Positions 7,521 to 15,798 are shown, counted from the first letter of the stretch. The stretch: 19,966 nt of DNA from Bacteriovoracaceae bacterium (GCA_041586955.1 JBFGZE010000064.1:1-19966), one strand, 5' to 3'. The notes: a model not told the origin generated them from the letters alone. Numbers and translations: made by a program.

Positions 7521-8288
7521 ATGAATAATGACCAAGAAATTAAATATATTGATGTTCCTCTTAAAGTAGAGGAGTTAAAAGAGTTTATCGAAAATAAGAC
7601 AAAATATTCTTATTTTATTAATTACCAAACCTCTGAACTCAAAGATTTGGTACTTCTCAATTATATTTCCAACCTCGAGTTACCAGCAGAAATCATCATG
7701 GACAATTGCTCCTATGATGAAAAAGCAGGTCTGCTTAAGGCCTATATGGATACACGGAATATTGTTAAAATAGACTCTCTTGCTCTTAACGTCGCCAAGA
7801 TCCTTTTAGATTATCGAGGCCTTGACACTACAGAAATATTTAACCGGCCCTATTTCGATCAAAATGAAAGTAAGCAATTTATCAATGATCATAAAGAGCT
7901 TATCCAGAAATGGGAACATTTTCTCGAGAGCACTATTATTTTCGCCCAATCTTGTGTCAAAGAACTTAACGAGCTTCTTAAAATTAAAGAAGATATTGAA
8001 GTTATCAATGACAGTCGTTATGTTGGATCGAATATAGTCAATCTATTTTCTATCCCCTCTTTTTCCGAATTATTCTTTCTCGTCCCCTTAAGAACGGAAC
8101 TCAAATATTTCAGGCCACAATTTGAAGAGAGAATGTTTAAGGGCAGAAGTTTTTACGATTATTATTTTTGTCAGCAAAATGATGTTTTAAATATGTTTTT
8201 AGCGCATATTGAAAATGATATTACTCGTAATGATATGAACGCTGCTTATAAAGAAGCACAGGCCATTTTAATGGAAAGCAATCCATAA
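7521..8288 (+). CDS. Hypothetical protein, rSAM-cluster accessory factor
   Basis: AGAGGT RBS; 255 aa, soluble; 28 bp downstream of the candidate substrate. No catalytic motif recognised. Confidence 0.75.
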   Translation: MNNDQEIKYIDVPLKVEELKEFIENKTKYSYFINYQTSELKDLVLLNYISNLELPAEIIMDNCSYDEKAGLLKAYMDTRNIVKIDSLALNVAKILLDYRGLDTTEIFNRPYFDQNESKQFINDHKELIQKWEHFLESTIIFAQSCVKELNELLKIKEDIEVINDSRYVGSNIVNLFSIPSFSELFFLVPLRTELKYFRPQFEERMFKGRSFYDYYFCQQNDVLNMFLAHIENDITRNDMNAAYKEAQAILMESNP

Positions 8289-8293
8289 TTTAA

Positions 8294-9376
8294 TTATTCT
8301 TGCCCCATAAACCCTGCTAGAACCTTTTTATAAAGAGTAGCATTTTCATCGGCATTGGCCTTTAATTCATGCATCAAGCTCTTTGGCGCCGCACATACAT
8401 CACCTTGCCAACCAAGTTGGTGGCAATCACCATTACAAATATCATAGACCGGGCATTCATTACATATAGGGTTTCTCAAGACCTCGTCATTGATATTACA
8501 AAGACGACCAGTACTTCCCATTAAGGCGGAAATATCATCATTAATGGTGCCAAAAGTATTAGAGACAGCGCCGTTAGGGCAACCACCAATGGTACCATCA
8601 GCATTAAGCGTCAGGACTTTCTGCTCACAACTACGCGAACGACATCCTGAATGAGTATTATAGACCAGCGAAGATAGGATTGAGTCCAGAAACAGATTAT
8701 CAATAGACTCCCAGGTTTTATGCTCAACGGTTTGTATCCACATAAGATGGAGCCAACGATCAATATCAATATTTGAGGGCATAATATTATTTTCTAAATT
8801 TAAAAGGGCATTTCCATCAGCAGTCACCCTCTCAAAGTTAATATATTTCACCCCCAAAGACGCCAGATCTTTAATTATATCTATCGGCTGTAGTTCTTTA
8901 ATAACATTTCCGGTCAAACTCACCATAACAGTAATCTGATGACCTCGGTCGGCCAATTCTTTGACATTGGAGCGCCATAATTTTTCTTGTGCCGAATTGG
9001 TCCAGCGAATACCATAATCCCAGGAAGTTCCCCACGACTTCTGGCAAATTTTATCTAAAACAGCTACTTTATCCTCTGTTAATTTATAAGTCAGGTTAGT
9101 TTGAATAGACCACCAAATATTGGGCCATAAGTCTTTAATTCCATTCCAGGCCTCAAACATCATTTCTGTAGGACATAAGAAGGGCTCTCCCCCGTGAAAG
9201 GAGATATGGCCATTATCATAATGAGGATGATAGCGCTTTAAACGCTTAAAAAAATCGATTGTTTTTGCGACATCAAAAAACCCCTTTTTACCGTTACTAC
9301 CATTGGTGAAACAATGAGAGCAATTGAGCTGGCAGGTGTCAGTTGTTTTAAGATAAACGATTAAGTCATTTGCCAA
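8294..9376 (-). CDS. Radical SAM/SPASM domain protein (peptide/protein maturase-like)
   Basis: TTG start with GAGGA RBS. CQLNCSHC; SFHGGEP; IQTN; SPASM-like CRSRSC...DGTIGGCP...CNECPVYDICNGDC...C. Confidence 0.92.
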   Translation of the reverse strand: MANDLIVYLKTTDTCQLNCSHCFTNGSNGKKGFFDVAKTIDFFKRLKRYHPHYDNGHISFHGGEPFLCPTEMMFEAWNGIKDLWPNIWWSIQTNLTYKLTEDKVAVLDKICQKSWGTSWDYGIRWTNSAQEKLWRSNVKELADRGHQITVMVSLTGNVIKELQPIDIIKDLASLGVKYINFERVTADGNALLNLENNIMPSNIDIDRWLHLMWIQTVEHKTWESIDNLFLDSILSSLVYNTHSGCRSRSCEQKVLTLNADGTIGGCPNGAVSNTFGTINDDISALMGSTGRLCNINDEVLRNPICNECPVYDICNGDCHQLGWQGDVCAAPKSLMHELKANADENATLYKKVLAGFMGQE

Positions 9377-9481
9377 AGTCTTTTTCCTCGTTGATCATTA
9401 GTATAATTCTTTATGCTAGTAAAAATGGTAACATTCTAACTTTCAAAAGAACAATAGTTTTGGCAGAGAAATGGAATTCAA

Positions 9482-10537
9482 TTGGAACTAATCGTTAAAC
9501 CGACAGAGATATGTAATTTCGCTTGCACTTTTTGTAGCTCACCTCACTTATCAAAAGAAAAAGGGAAAATACTCGATATTGATAAAATATTTCAATTCTT
9601 AAAGCGCTTTCCCCAAACCAATACTCTTATTATCAACGGTGGCGATCCACTAATGGTTAGACCGAACTATTATTGGAGAATATTAGAACATATTGAAGCG
9701 AATAATCTAATCACCAAAATAAGTTTTACCACCAATCTTTGGGACTTCTATTTGCACCCTGAGAAATGGACAGCATTATTTCAGCATGAGAGAGTTGGGG
9801 TCACGACCTCCTTTAATTATGGTGAGACCAGAAGAGTCAGCAAATCAAAAAATTTTACCGAAGACTTATTTTGGAAAGTATCAGACAAATTTTCAAATTT
9901 AATTGGGTATCGGCCCGATTTTATCAGTGTTGTCAATGATCAAAATGAATCTACCGCTCTCGACAATGTTCTTCTGGCCAAGAAGATGAATGTCGAATGT
10001 AAATTAAACTACGCCATGGCCTCTGGCAGAGAATCTAGACCCTATCAATTATCAAAAATATATCAAATATACCTAGAGATTATTAAAAATAAACTAACCC
10101 CCTGGGAATTTAATACCAAAGAATTAATTAAGGGGATAAATAAACGGACAACAATTTGCCCCCGCAACCGTACTTGCGACTCAGGAATACGCTGTATCCA
10201 ACCTTCTGGTGATTATTATAGCTGTGGCGCCTTTGGCGATGATCACGAACATAGTATTGATTTTGATCAAGAGATGAATGATACTAATATCTCTACCCCA
10301 TTATCTGATAATTTTGAATTATCATCATTAAAAATGGAATGCTTTGGATGTCCCATGTTCGAGATATGTAATGGATGCCATAAAACTATTAGTGACTTAA
10401 AACGATTCAATATGGTCGAGTCTCATTGCCAACTAATGAAGCAATTGGAAAAAGAAATATGTCTTCTCGGTAACGATTTTAACCTCTTCAAAGTAAAAGA
10501 GATGGACAATGTTGGAAAACATAACTCTTTCAATTAA
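9482..10537 (+). CDS. Radical SAM/SPASM domain protein (peptide/protein maturase-like)
   Basis: TTG start. LIVKPTEICNFACTFC; INGGDP; FTTN; SPASM-like CPRNRTC...GDYYSC...CFGCPMFEICNGC...HC. Confidence 0.92.
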   Translation: MELIVKPTEICNFACTFCSSPHLSKEKGKILDIDKIFQFLKRFPQTNTLIINGGDPLMVRPNYYWRILEHIEANNLITKISFTTNLWDFYLHPEKWTALFQHERVGVTTSFNYGETRRVSKSKNFTEDLFWKVSDKFSNLIGYRPDFISVVNDQNESTALDNVLLAKKMNVECKLNYAMASGRESRPYQLSKIYQIYLEIIKNKLTPWEFNTKELIKGINKRTTICPRNRTCDSGIRCIQPSGDYYSCGAFGDDHEHSIDFDQEMNDTNISTPLSDNFELSSLKMECFGCPMFEICNGCHKTISDLKRFNMVESHCQLMKQLEKEICLLGNDFNLFKVKEMDNVGKHNSFN

Positions 10538-11462
10538 CCCTATTTATCAATGCAATTTCCGTTGCGACTTCTGCTATTTAAGGCCAGAACAATTATCGGA
10601 TCCCAAAACCCTATCTCTCAATAAACTTGAGGCCAGACTCAAAGAAATCTCATCCCACCGTCGAATTTCTTTTATCGACCTCTATGGTGGTGAGATCGCC
10701 CTATTAAAAAATGATTACCTCAACGAGATGCATGCCATCGTACGGAATTTCTACCGCGGGCCCATTAATGTCATCACCAACTTAAGTATGAATATTCCCT
10801 ATTTTGATAAAGAAGATGTGACCCTTTCCGTCAGCTGGGATTACGATGGTCGGGCCCAATATGACAAAGTCTTGAGTCATATCATGGGAATGAGTAAAGA
10901 TGTTCATATTCTCATGCTCGCTTCCCCTCAAATGCTAAAATGGGATGTTCAAAAAGTCACAGACGTGGTCTCACTTTTTAATCTGGCCAAAAATATTAAA
11001 AGTGTCGAAATCAAACCTTATTCAGCGAATCAATCGAACCAATATAATATTACCTATAATGCTTTCGAAGAATTTATTAAATTATGGCTCAGCTTAAAAG
11101 AAACCTTCCAATTCCAATTTATCAACGAGCAATTAATCCTTGATTCATTAAAAGGCGTTAAAAACTCTTGGTCAGATGACCATCTCTATATAACTCCCAA
11201 TGGGAAATTGGCCGTTTTAGATTTTGATACAAATTATAATGAGCAATTTATTGAACTTAATAATTTTGAGCAATATACCCAGTGGCATAAAAAAGAAAAA
11301 ATTAAAATTACCCAAAACAAAGAATGCTCATCTTGTTCCTATATGGGCCATTGCCTTAGTGAACATTTAAAAAATCATTCAAATCATAAAAACTCATGTG
11401 ATGGTTTCAAAGGTCTATTGGATTGGTATAAGGAGGAAGATCATTATGGCACTAGTGAGTGA
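10509..11462 (+). CDS. Radical SAM protein with a C-terminal 4-Cys auxiliary motif
   Basis: CNFRCDFC; LYGGE; VITN; C-terminal CSSCSYMGHCLSEH...SC. Overlaps the upstream gene by 29 bp. Confidence 0.9.
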   Translation: MLENITLSINPIYQCNFRCDFCYLRPEQLSDPKTLSLNKLEARLKEISSHRRISFIDLYGGEIALLKNDYLNEMHAIVRNFYRGPINVITNLSMNIPYFDKEDVTLSVSWDYDGRAQYDKVLSHIMGMSKDVHILMLASPQMLKWDVQKVTDVVSLFNLAKNIKSVEIKPYSANQSNQYNITYNAFEEFIKLWLSLKETFQFQFINEQLILDSLKGVKNSWSDDHLYITPNGKLAVLDFDTNYNEQFIELNNFEQYTQWHKKEKIKITQNKECSSCSYMGHCLSEHLKNHSNHKNSCDGFKGLLDWYKEEDHYGTSE

Positions 11463-12549
11463 TAACTTTCAGGCGATGGCAATCAGTGATAAAATGAATA
11501 TCACGATGGATCAGGCGTCTACCTTCAATATTCGCTTCAATATAGAGGTTCTCAAGGGTTGTGAGTTTCATTGCCCAGGTTGCTATGTGAATCGGGATAA
11601 TGCCTTTGACGAAAATGATCTCGAAATTCTACTACAGGCTTCCGAACAATTCAGCACTAATGGATTCCACTTCGAAGAAATTATTATCGGCCCAACTGAT
11701 TTTTTCGCCGCCTATAATACGATTGACCTCATTACCAATCCCAAATTTGCCCAATTAATTCAACCCAAAAGAGTCATGACGATCCTTTCAACTCTCCTTA
11801 GTCACAAAAATGAAATCCTTAAACGTATAGGTCTTGTCAATCAATATCTAGGCAAGGATTTTGAAGTAGAAGTTCTTATTCCTTTTGATGTCATGAAAAT
11901 TCTTTCTAAAGATCCACAATACATTCACCAATTAAAGGAAAAAATTGAATTACTACAATTCTTTGATGCGGATGTTGAATATGCCCTACAAATGAATATT
12001 CAAGATACCTCACAACTTGAACATTTTGACCTTTTCGAGGTGGCCCAATATATAAAAAATGAGTTCAGCTCCATTACCGAGTTTAATCCCTCATTTCTGC
12101 GTACCGGCAATGACCAATTGATTATCAAAACCATGAGTGCATGGAACCAAATGCTCAATAAAAACTTCTGTCATAAAATGTCTAAGACCATGGATAATAT
12201 TTTATTTACCATGGGAGATCCCATCCATGCAGGACTAAATGAGGTCACTTATAATTTTAAAAAAGGTATTTTTTATGAATGCCCTTTTATTTATGAAAAT
12301 GTCTTTGACAAAGGATCGCGCTTTAAAATTACACCTAATGGAGAAAATGGTCGTTATCTCTTAGATGACTTTATTAACCATCGCCATCAGGTTGATCGCC
12401 AGCAATTGCAATATCTTGAGCAAACAGATGAATGCTCGACTTGCCCTCATGTTATATCCTGCGTCGGCAAACAAGTAATTCATTATATGATGGATAAAAA
12501 AATAACTCATTGTCTCTTGGCCAAAGATGTCATGGATCTCTATGCTTAA
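11446..12549 (+). CDS. Atypical radical SAM protein (GPTDFF-type paralog 3)
   Basis: ATG at 11446 with AGGAGG RBS, preferred over the track's 11398. CEFHCPGC; IIIGPTDFF; EFNPSFLRT; C-terminal CSTCPHVISC-x16-C. Confidence 0.87.
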   Translation: MALVSDNFQAMAISDKMNITMDQASTFNIRFNIEVLKGCEFHCPGCYVNRDNAFDENDLEILLQASEQFSTNGFHFEEIIIGPTDFFAAYNTIDLITNPKFAQLIQPKRVMTILSTLLSHKNEILKRIGLVNQYLGKDFEVEVLIPFDVMKILSKDPQYIHQLKEKIELLQFFDADVEYALQMNIQDTSQLEHFDLFEVAQYIKNEFSSITEFNPSFLRTGNDQLIIKTMSAWNQMLNKNFCHKMSKTMDNILFTMGDPIHAGLNEVTYNFKKGIFYECPFIYENVFDKGSRFKITPNGENGRYLLDDFINHRHQVDRQQLQYLEQTDECSTCPHVISCVGKQVIHYMMDKKITHCLLAKDVMDLYA

Positions 12550-13012
12550 AGATCATAAGTTCAGGCAACACCTCTTTCTCACCTTCAGTGGCCCTGAAAA
12601 ACTAAAAAAGGGCAAAACCTATATTTATCCCAATCTTTCAAAGGAAGAATTAATTGGCCATATTACCGCCTATTTTAGGGTGGAGCAAAAAGATCTTATC
12701 TATCCCGCCAAATCCTATTGTGTCGCCATCATTTATGCCCTTTTATTAGAGGAATATTTTGGTGAGGACTTTTATCATACCCTCAATGATCCTGAACTAT
12801 TTCAAAATACAGATCAATACTTCCTGCCCTATTCACAGAATAAAGAGATTTACGATCAGGTCTTGCTGCAACTCAAAGAAGAGGGAACTTTTCCCCAATT
12901 GAACTTAGAACTCGACCAAGTTCAAACCACGGTCAATTGTTTTAAAGATGAGTTTTTTGTTAATTTTACAGATTTAAAGAAATTGGTCCAGGATTTGGCC
13001 TTTCAAGCATAA
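12542..13012 (+). CDS. Hypothetical protein, rSAM-cluster accessory factor
   Basis: Likely ATG at 12542 overlapping the upstream stop (ATGCTTAA); alternative start at 12527. Distinctive YPAKSYCVAIIYA...FGEDFY..LNDPEL...DQYFLPY segment. Last gene of the rSAM operon. Confidence 0.75.
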   Translation: MLKDHKFRQHLFLTFSGPEKLKKGKTYIYPNLSKEELIGHITAYFRVEQKDLIYPAKSYCVAIIYALLLEEYFGEDFYHTLNDPELFQNTDQYFLPYSQNKEIYDQVLLQLKEEGTFPQLNLELDQVQTTVNCFKDEFFVNFTDLKKLVQDLAFQA

Positions 13013-13019
13013 GGTTTCT

Positions 13020-13048
13020 TTGACCTCTATCTCTTAAAGGCCTAAAAT
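13020..13048 (+). promoter_or_regulatory. Sigma70-type promoter, probably leaderless, marking the right boundary of the rSAM operon
   Basis: TTGACC (13020-13025), 17 nt, TAAAAT (13043-13048). ATG at 13055 with no Shine-Dalgarno. Confidence 0.6.
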
Positions 13049-13054
13049 AAAGTC

Positions 13055-13669
13055 ATGAAATACCTTTTTTCTCTCTTATTTTTCATTTTTATCCAGGCAG
13101 AGGAGCCTGCCCTTCACTCTTTCCCTCCTCCCCATAAAGGCTGCCCTTTAAACGCCTGGTGTTCTGAACAAACCGGACAATTAATCACCAAATGGGAAAA
13201 TGAGCAGGAAAAAGGCATCAGTACCACTGTTCCATTATTAATATGGAGTCAAAAAGAGGGAGAGCTCAAGCAAACCGTCAGCTATAGCGGTATCTGTAAA
13301 AACCCACTCTCCATGGCCATTTATTTTGGCAAGAGTCTCCCAACCCAAACTCATTGGCAGACAAACACCATCAATATTTGGCATCAAAAGAAAATCACCA
13401 AAAGTTATCCTGCCCTTCGCCAGGAAATCCCCATAAAGGCCACGCCAGAGGGGCTTACCTATTTAATCCGCTTTAACGGCCATTATTCTATTTTTCATCT
13501 CAATAATAAGTCACAAGTTACGGTTCTTGAAAACCCTCCTAAAGTTATGGATCAAATGCGCGAAATCAATTGTCCCGCTCATATCAAAGATTCGGATAAG
13601 TCGAAAGTTCGGTGCTACTTTATAAATGGCGGTCCTCAGATTTTGGCGATGCGCTCTCCCTGCCTATGA
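13055..13669 (+). CDS. Secreted hypothetical protein
   Basis: Signal peptide MKYLFSLLFFIFIQA; six Cys; ATGA overlap with the next gene. Confidence 0.75.
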   Translation: MKYLFSLLFFIFIQAEEPALHSFPPPHKGCPLNAWCSEQTGQLITKWENEQEKGISTTVPLLIWSQKEGELKQTVSYSGICKNPLSMAIYFGKSLPTQTHWQTNTINIWHQKKITKSYPALRQEIPIKATPEGLTYLIRFNGHYSIFHLNNKSQVTVLENPPKVMDQMREINCPAHIKDSDKSKVRCYFINGGPQILAMRSPCL

Positions 13670-14532
13670 AAATCGTTTTTTGGAATGTTGAAAATTTATT
13701 TTTACCGCATTGTGATCCCGGTCCACTAAAGTCACAAAAAAATATTGAATCATTAGCGCAACAAATCCATTATATGGATCCCGATATTTTATTTCTTGCC
13801 GAGGTGGGGGGACTTTTAGCGCTAGAGACATTCAACCTTAATTTTTTACAAAATAAATACCGCATTCTCTTTACCCCGGGAAATAGTAATCGCAATATTC
13901 AATTGGCCTGCCTCATTAAGTCCGAATTTGAAAGCAAAAGCTCTCACTTAAGTTACGCCAAATCACTTTTAGGGCAAAGTCCCGATGGCCGTGATCTTTA
14001 TTTTGCTCGCGACTTAGGTCATCTTATCTTAAAGGATGAAGACCGAGAAAAACCACTGCACCTTTGGTGGGTTCATCTCAAAAGTCAATTAACAGTCGCC
14101 GCCGATGATCACCGAGGCATTATTCACCGTGAACACGAAATCAAGTTTATTTGCCAAAAAATAAATGAATATCAAGATGACCAGCATATACTGATGGGTG
14201 ATTTTAATGGCCTGGCCTTTCATGAATTTCCCGATCGCGAGTTCCGGCCATTGATGGAGCTTCCTCTCTCCTGCCTTTATGAGAAATTGGATGTCGAACC
14301 CCAGTTTTCCTGGCTTGGTTTTGACAGGGCCAAAAAGTTTACACCCCTAATGCTTGATTATGCCTTTTTATCCGAGGATCTTTTTGATTTTCTCGATAAA
14401 AAAGAATCAGGACTCTTTCACCCTCTGAATGAAGATGGAAAACCCCTATCATGGCCTAAGCACCCACGTGATCGTGTTAATTTTCCAGCCGATCATTTAC
14501 CACTGGTTATAAAGCTCAAAGCTAGTCGTTGA
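13666..14532 (+). CDS. Endonuclease/exonuclease/phosphatase (EEP) family protein
   Basis: Start at ATG 13666 (MKIVFWNVENLF). Motifs PDILFLAEV, VHLKS, ILMGDFN, LDYAF and ADHLPL. Confidence 0.92.
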   Translation: MKIVFWNVENLFLPHCDPGPLKSQKNIESLAQQIHYMDPDILFLAEVGGLLALETFNLNFLQNKYRILFTPGNSNRNIQLACLIKSEFESKSSHLSYAKSLLGQSPDGRDLYFARDLGHLILKDEDREKPLHLWWVHLKSQLTVAADDHRGIIHREHEIKFICQKINEYQDDQHILMGDFNGLAFHEFPDREFRPLMELPLSCLYEKLDVEPQFSWLGFDRAKKFTPLMLDYAFLSEDLFDFLDKKESGLFHPLNEDGKPLSWPKHPRDRVNFPADHLPLVIKLKASR

Positions 14533-14557
14533 TTTAACCCGCCTTTTTTTATAAGCT
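14529..14557 (+). promoter_or_regulatory. Sigma70-type promoter, probably leaderless
   Basis: TTGATT (14529-14534), 17 nt, TAAGCT (14552-14557). ATG at 14565 with no Shine-Dalgarno. Confidence 0.45.
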
Positions 14558-14564
14558 TATTCCT

Positions 14565-14927
14565 ATGAAAATTTTAATCGCTATTTTATTTATGCAGGGC
14601 CTCGTTTATGCCGGCCCTTACCAATTCAACCTGCAAATTACTGAACCTGACTTTACTCTTAAAAACTACCCTTTAGACGATAAAGAGTTTCGCCCCTTTA
14701 TGCAAAAAACCAGTTGGCGTTGTTTTTTTGGCGAGACAAAAGAGAAAGGGAAAGATCAGTTTTATAAAAATGTCCGCTGCAATTATAGTGTCAAAAAAGT
14801 TGGGGAATTCACGACAAAAATAGTCTGTGGAAAAAATATGCCCTTCAATGAGCTCCATCTCGATTTATTAGATGAGAAGAAAAACCTGACCTTTAAGATC
14901 TACCTCTTTTGTAAACCTAAGGCCTAG
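14565..14927 (+). CDS. Secreted hypothetical protein
   Basis: Signal peptide MKILIAILFMQGLVYA; four Cys; beta-rich pattern. Confidence 0.75.
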   Translation: MKILIAILFMQGLVYAGPYQFNLQITEPDFTLKNYPLDDKEFRPFMQKTSWRCFFGETKEKGKDQFYKNVRCNYSVKKVGEFTTKIVCGKNMPFNELHLDLLDEKKNLTFKIYLFCKPKA

Positions 14928-14944
14928 GCAAGATCTTCCGATAG
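14918..14944 (+). promoter_or_regulatory. Putative sigma28 (FliA)-type promoter
   Basis: TAAG (14918-14921)-N15-TCCGATAG (14937-14944), compared with the consensus TAAA-N15-GCCGATAA. Followed by CAGGAGG RBS. Confidence 0.45.
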
Positions 14945-14964
14945 GTTCTCTACAGGAGGACCTC

Positions 14965-15798
14965 ATGTCTCGGAATTTCATTACATTTATTGCCCTAGGA
15001 TCACTTTTTAACGCCTGTTCATCCATATATCGCGATCCTTTTGACGTTAATCAAAAAATTAGCTGGGCCGACTCTCATTATGAGAATAAAAACCCCCTGC
15101 CACAGATAGAATTACCTCAAGACAGGTCCATCCAACGAGGCCCTGCCTCAACCCCTAAAAAGGCAAAAGAAGCTCCCAACCCAGTTAATGGCCTAAACCC
15201 TAAGGCGCTCTACCTAACAAGTCTATGGGAGCAGTACAGGGATCTAGGACGCTATTCAAATGCTCACAGTGAAAAAATTCAGCATTGCCCAAAATATCAT
15301 AATCTATTTTTAAAATATAAGAAAAAGTATAACGACTTTGAAGGGCCAAAATCGCCTTTAACGGCCAGCCGCTATGAAAAAATGTGGGATCTACCGGGTC
15401 ATCACTACCCTGAATTAAAATTACGGCCGGATGATAGGCCACTCGAAAATAGACTTGATAAAGGAATGACAGCGCAAGCGATCGTCACACAGGCACAAAA
15501 GGCGATTGACCAATATCGCCTCAATATGCGCAAAGAACTTACAGAGATTTGCGAATCAGGATCAAGTCCTAACCTTAATGCTTATCTCAACCTTTTAAAT
15601 CATAAAAAGGATAATAAAAAGTTAACGGCCAAAGATCTTATTAAAATAGGGCCCATGGCCAATGAATATTTATTATTATCACTTGAAAAGGGGCACAAGA
15701 TGCGTGCACCAGCCTCTGCGACCAGCAAGCGCCATAGTGCCAATGCCATCCTTAATGAAGTGGATGGCCATTGGTTTAAGGCCTATTTAATGCATTAA
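14965..15798 (+). CDS. Hypothetical lipoprotein
   Basis: AGGAGG RBS; lipobox-like LFNA|C; low-complexity RGPAS/RAPAS linkers. Confidence 0.75.
   Translation: MSRNFITFIALGSLFNACSSIYRDPFDVNQKISWADSHYENKNPLPQIELPQDRSIQRGPASTPKKAKEAPNPVNGLNPKALYLTSLWEQYRDLGRYSNAHSEKIQHCPKYHNLFLKYKKKYNDFEGPKSPLTASRYEKMWDLPGHHYPELKLRPDDRPLENRLDKGMTAQAIVTQAQKAIDQYRLNMRKELTEICESGSSPNLNAYLNLLNHKKDNKKLTAKDLIKIGPMANEYLLLSLEKGHKMRAPASATSKRHSANAILNEVDGHWFKAYLMH

Noticed and set aside
4899..8037. Short ORFs inside the rSAM cluster as possible RiPP precursors (4899-5189, 5561-5758, 6691-6885, 6920-7186, 6966-7205, 7822-8037)
   Set aside because: All are shadows of longer genes, with no convincing RBS or leader/core structure. 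The Cys residues in 6920-7186 arise antisense to the well-supported 6956-7492 gene.
3524..12549. Assigning the rSAMs to known pathways (PqqE, MoaA, NirJ/Ahb, anaerobic sulfatase maturase, QueE)
   Set aside because: None of the partner genes (pqqA-D, moaC, sulfatase, que genes) is present, and the similarity is limited to generic rSAM/SPASM motifs.
719..13012. Intact prophage or integrative element
   Set aside because: No integrase, terminase, capsid, portal or lysis genes recognised, and no att-like direct repeats or tRNA at the boundaries.
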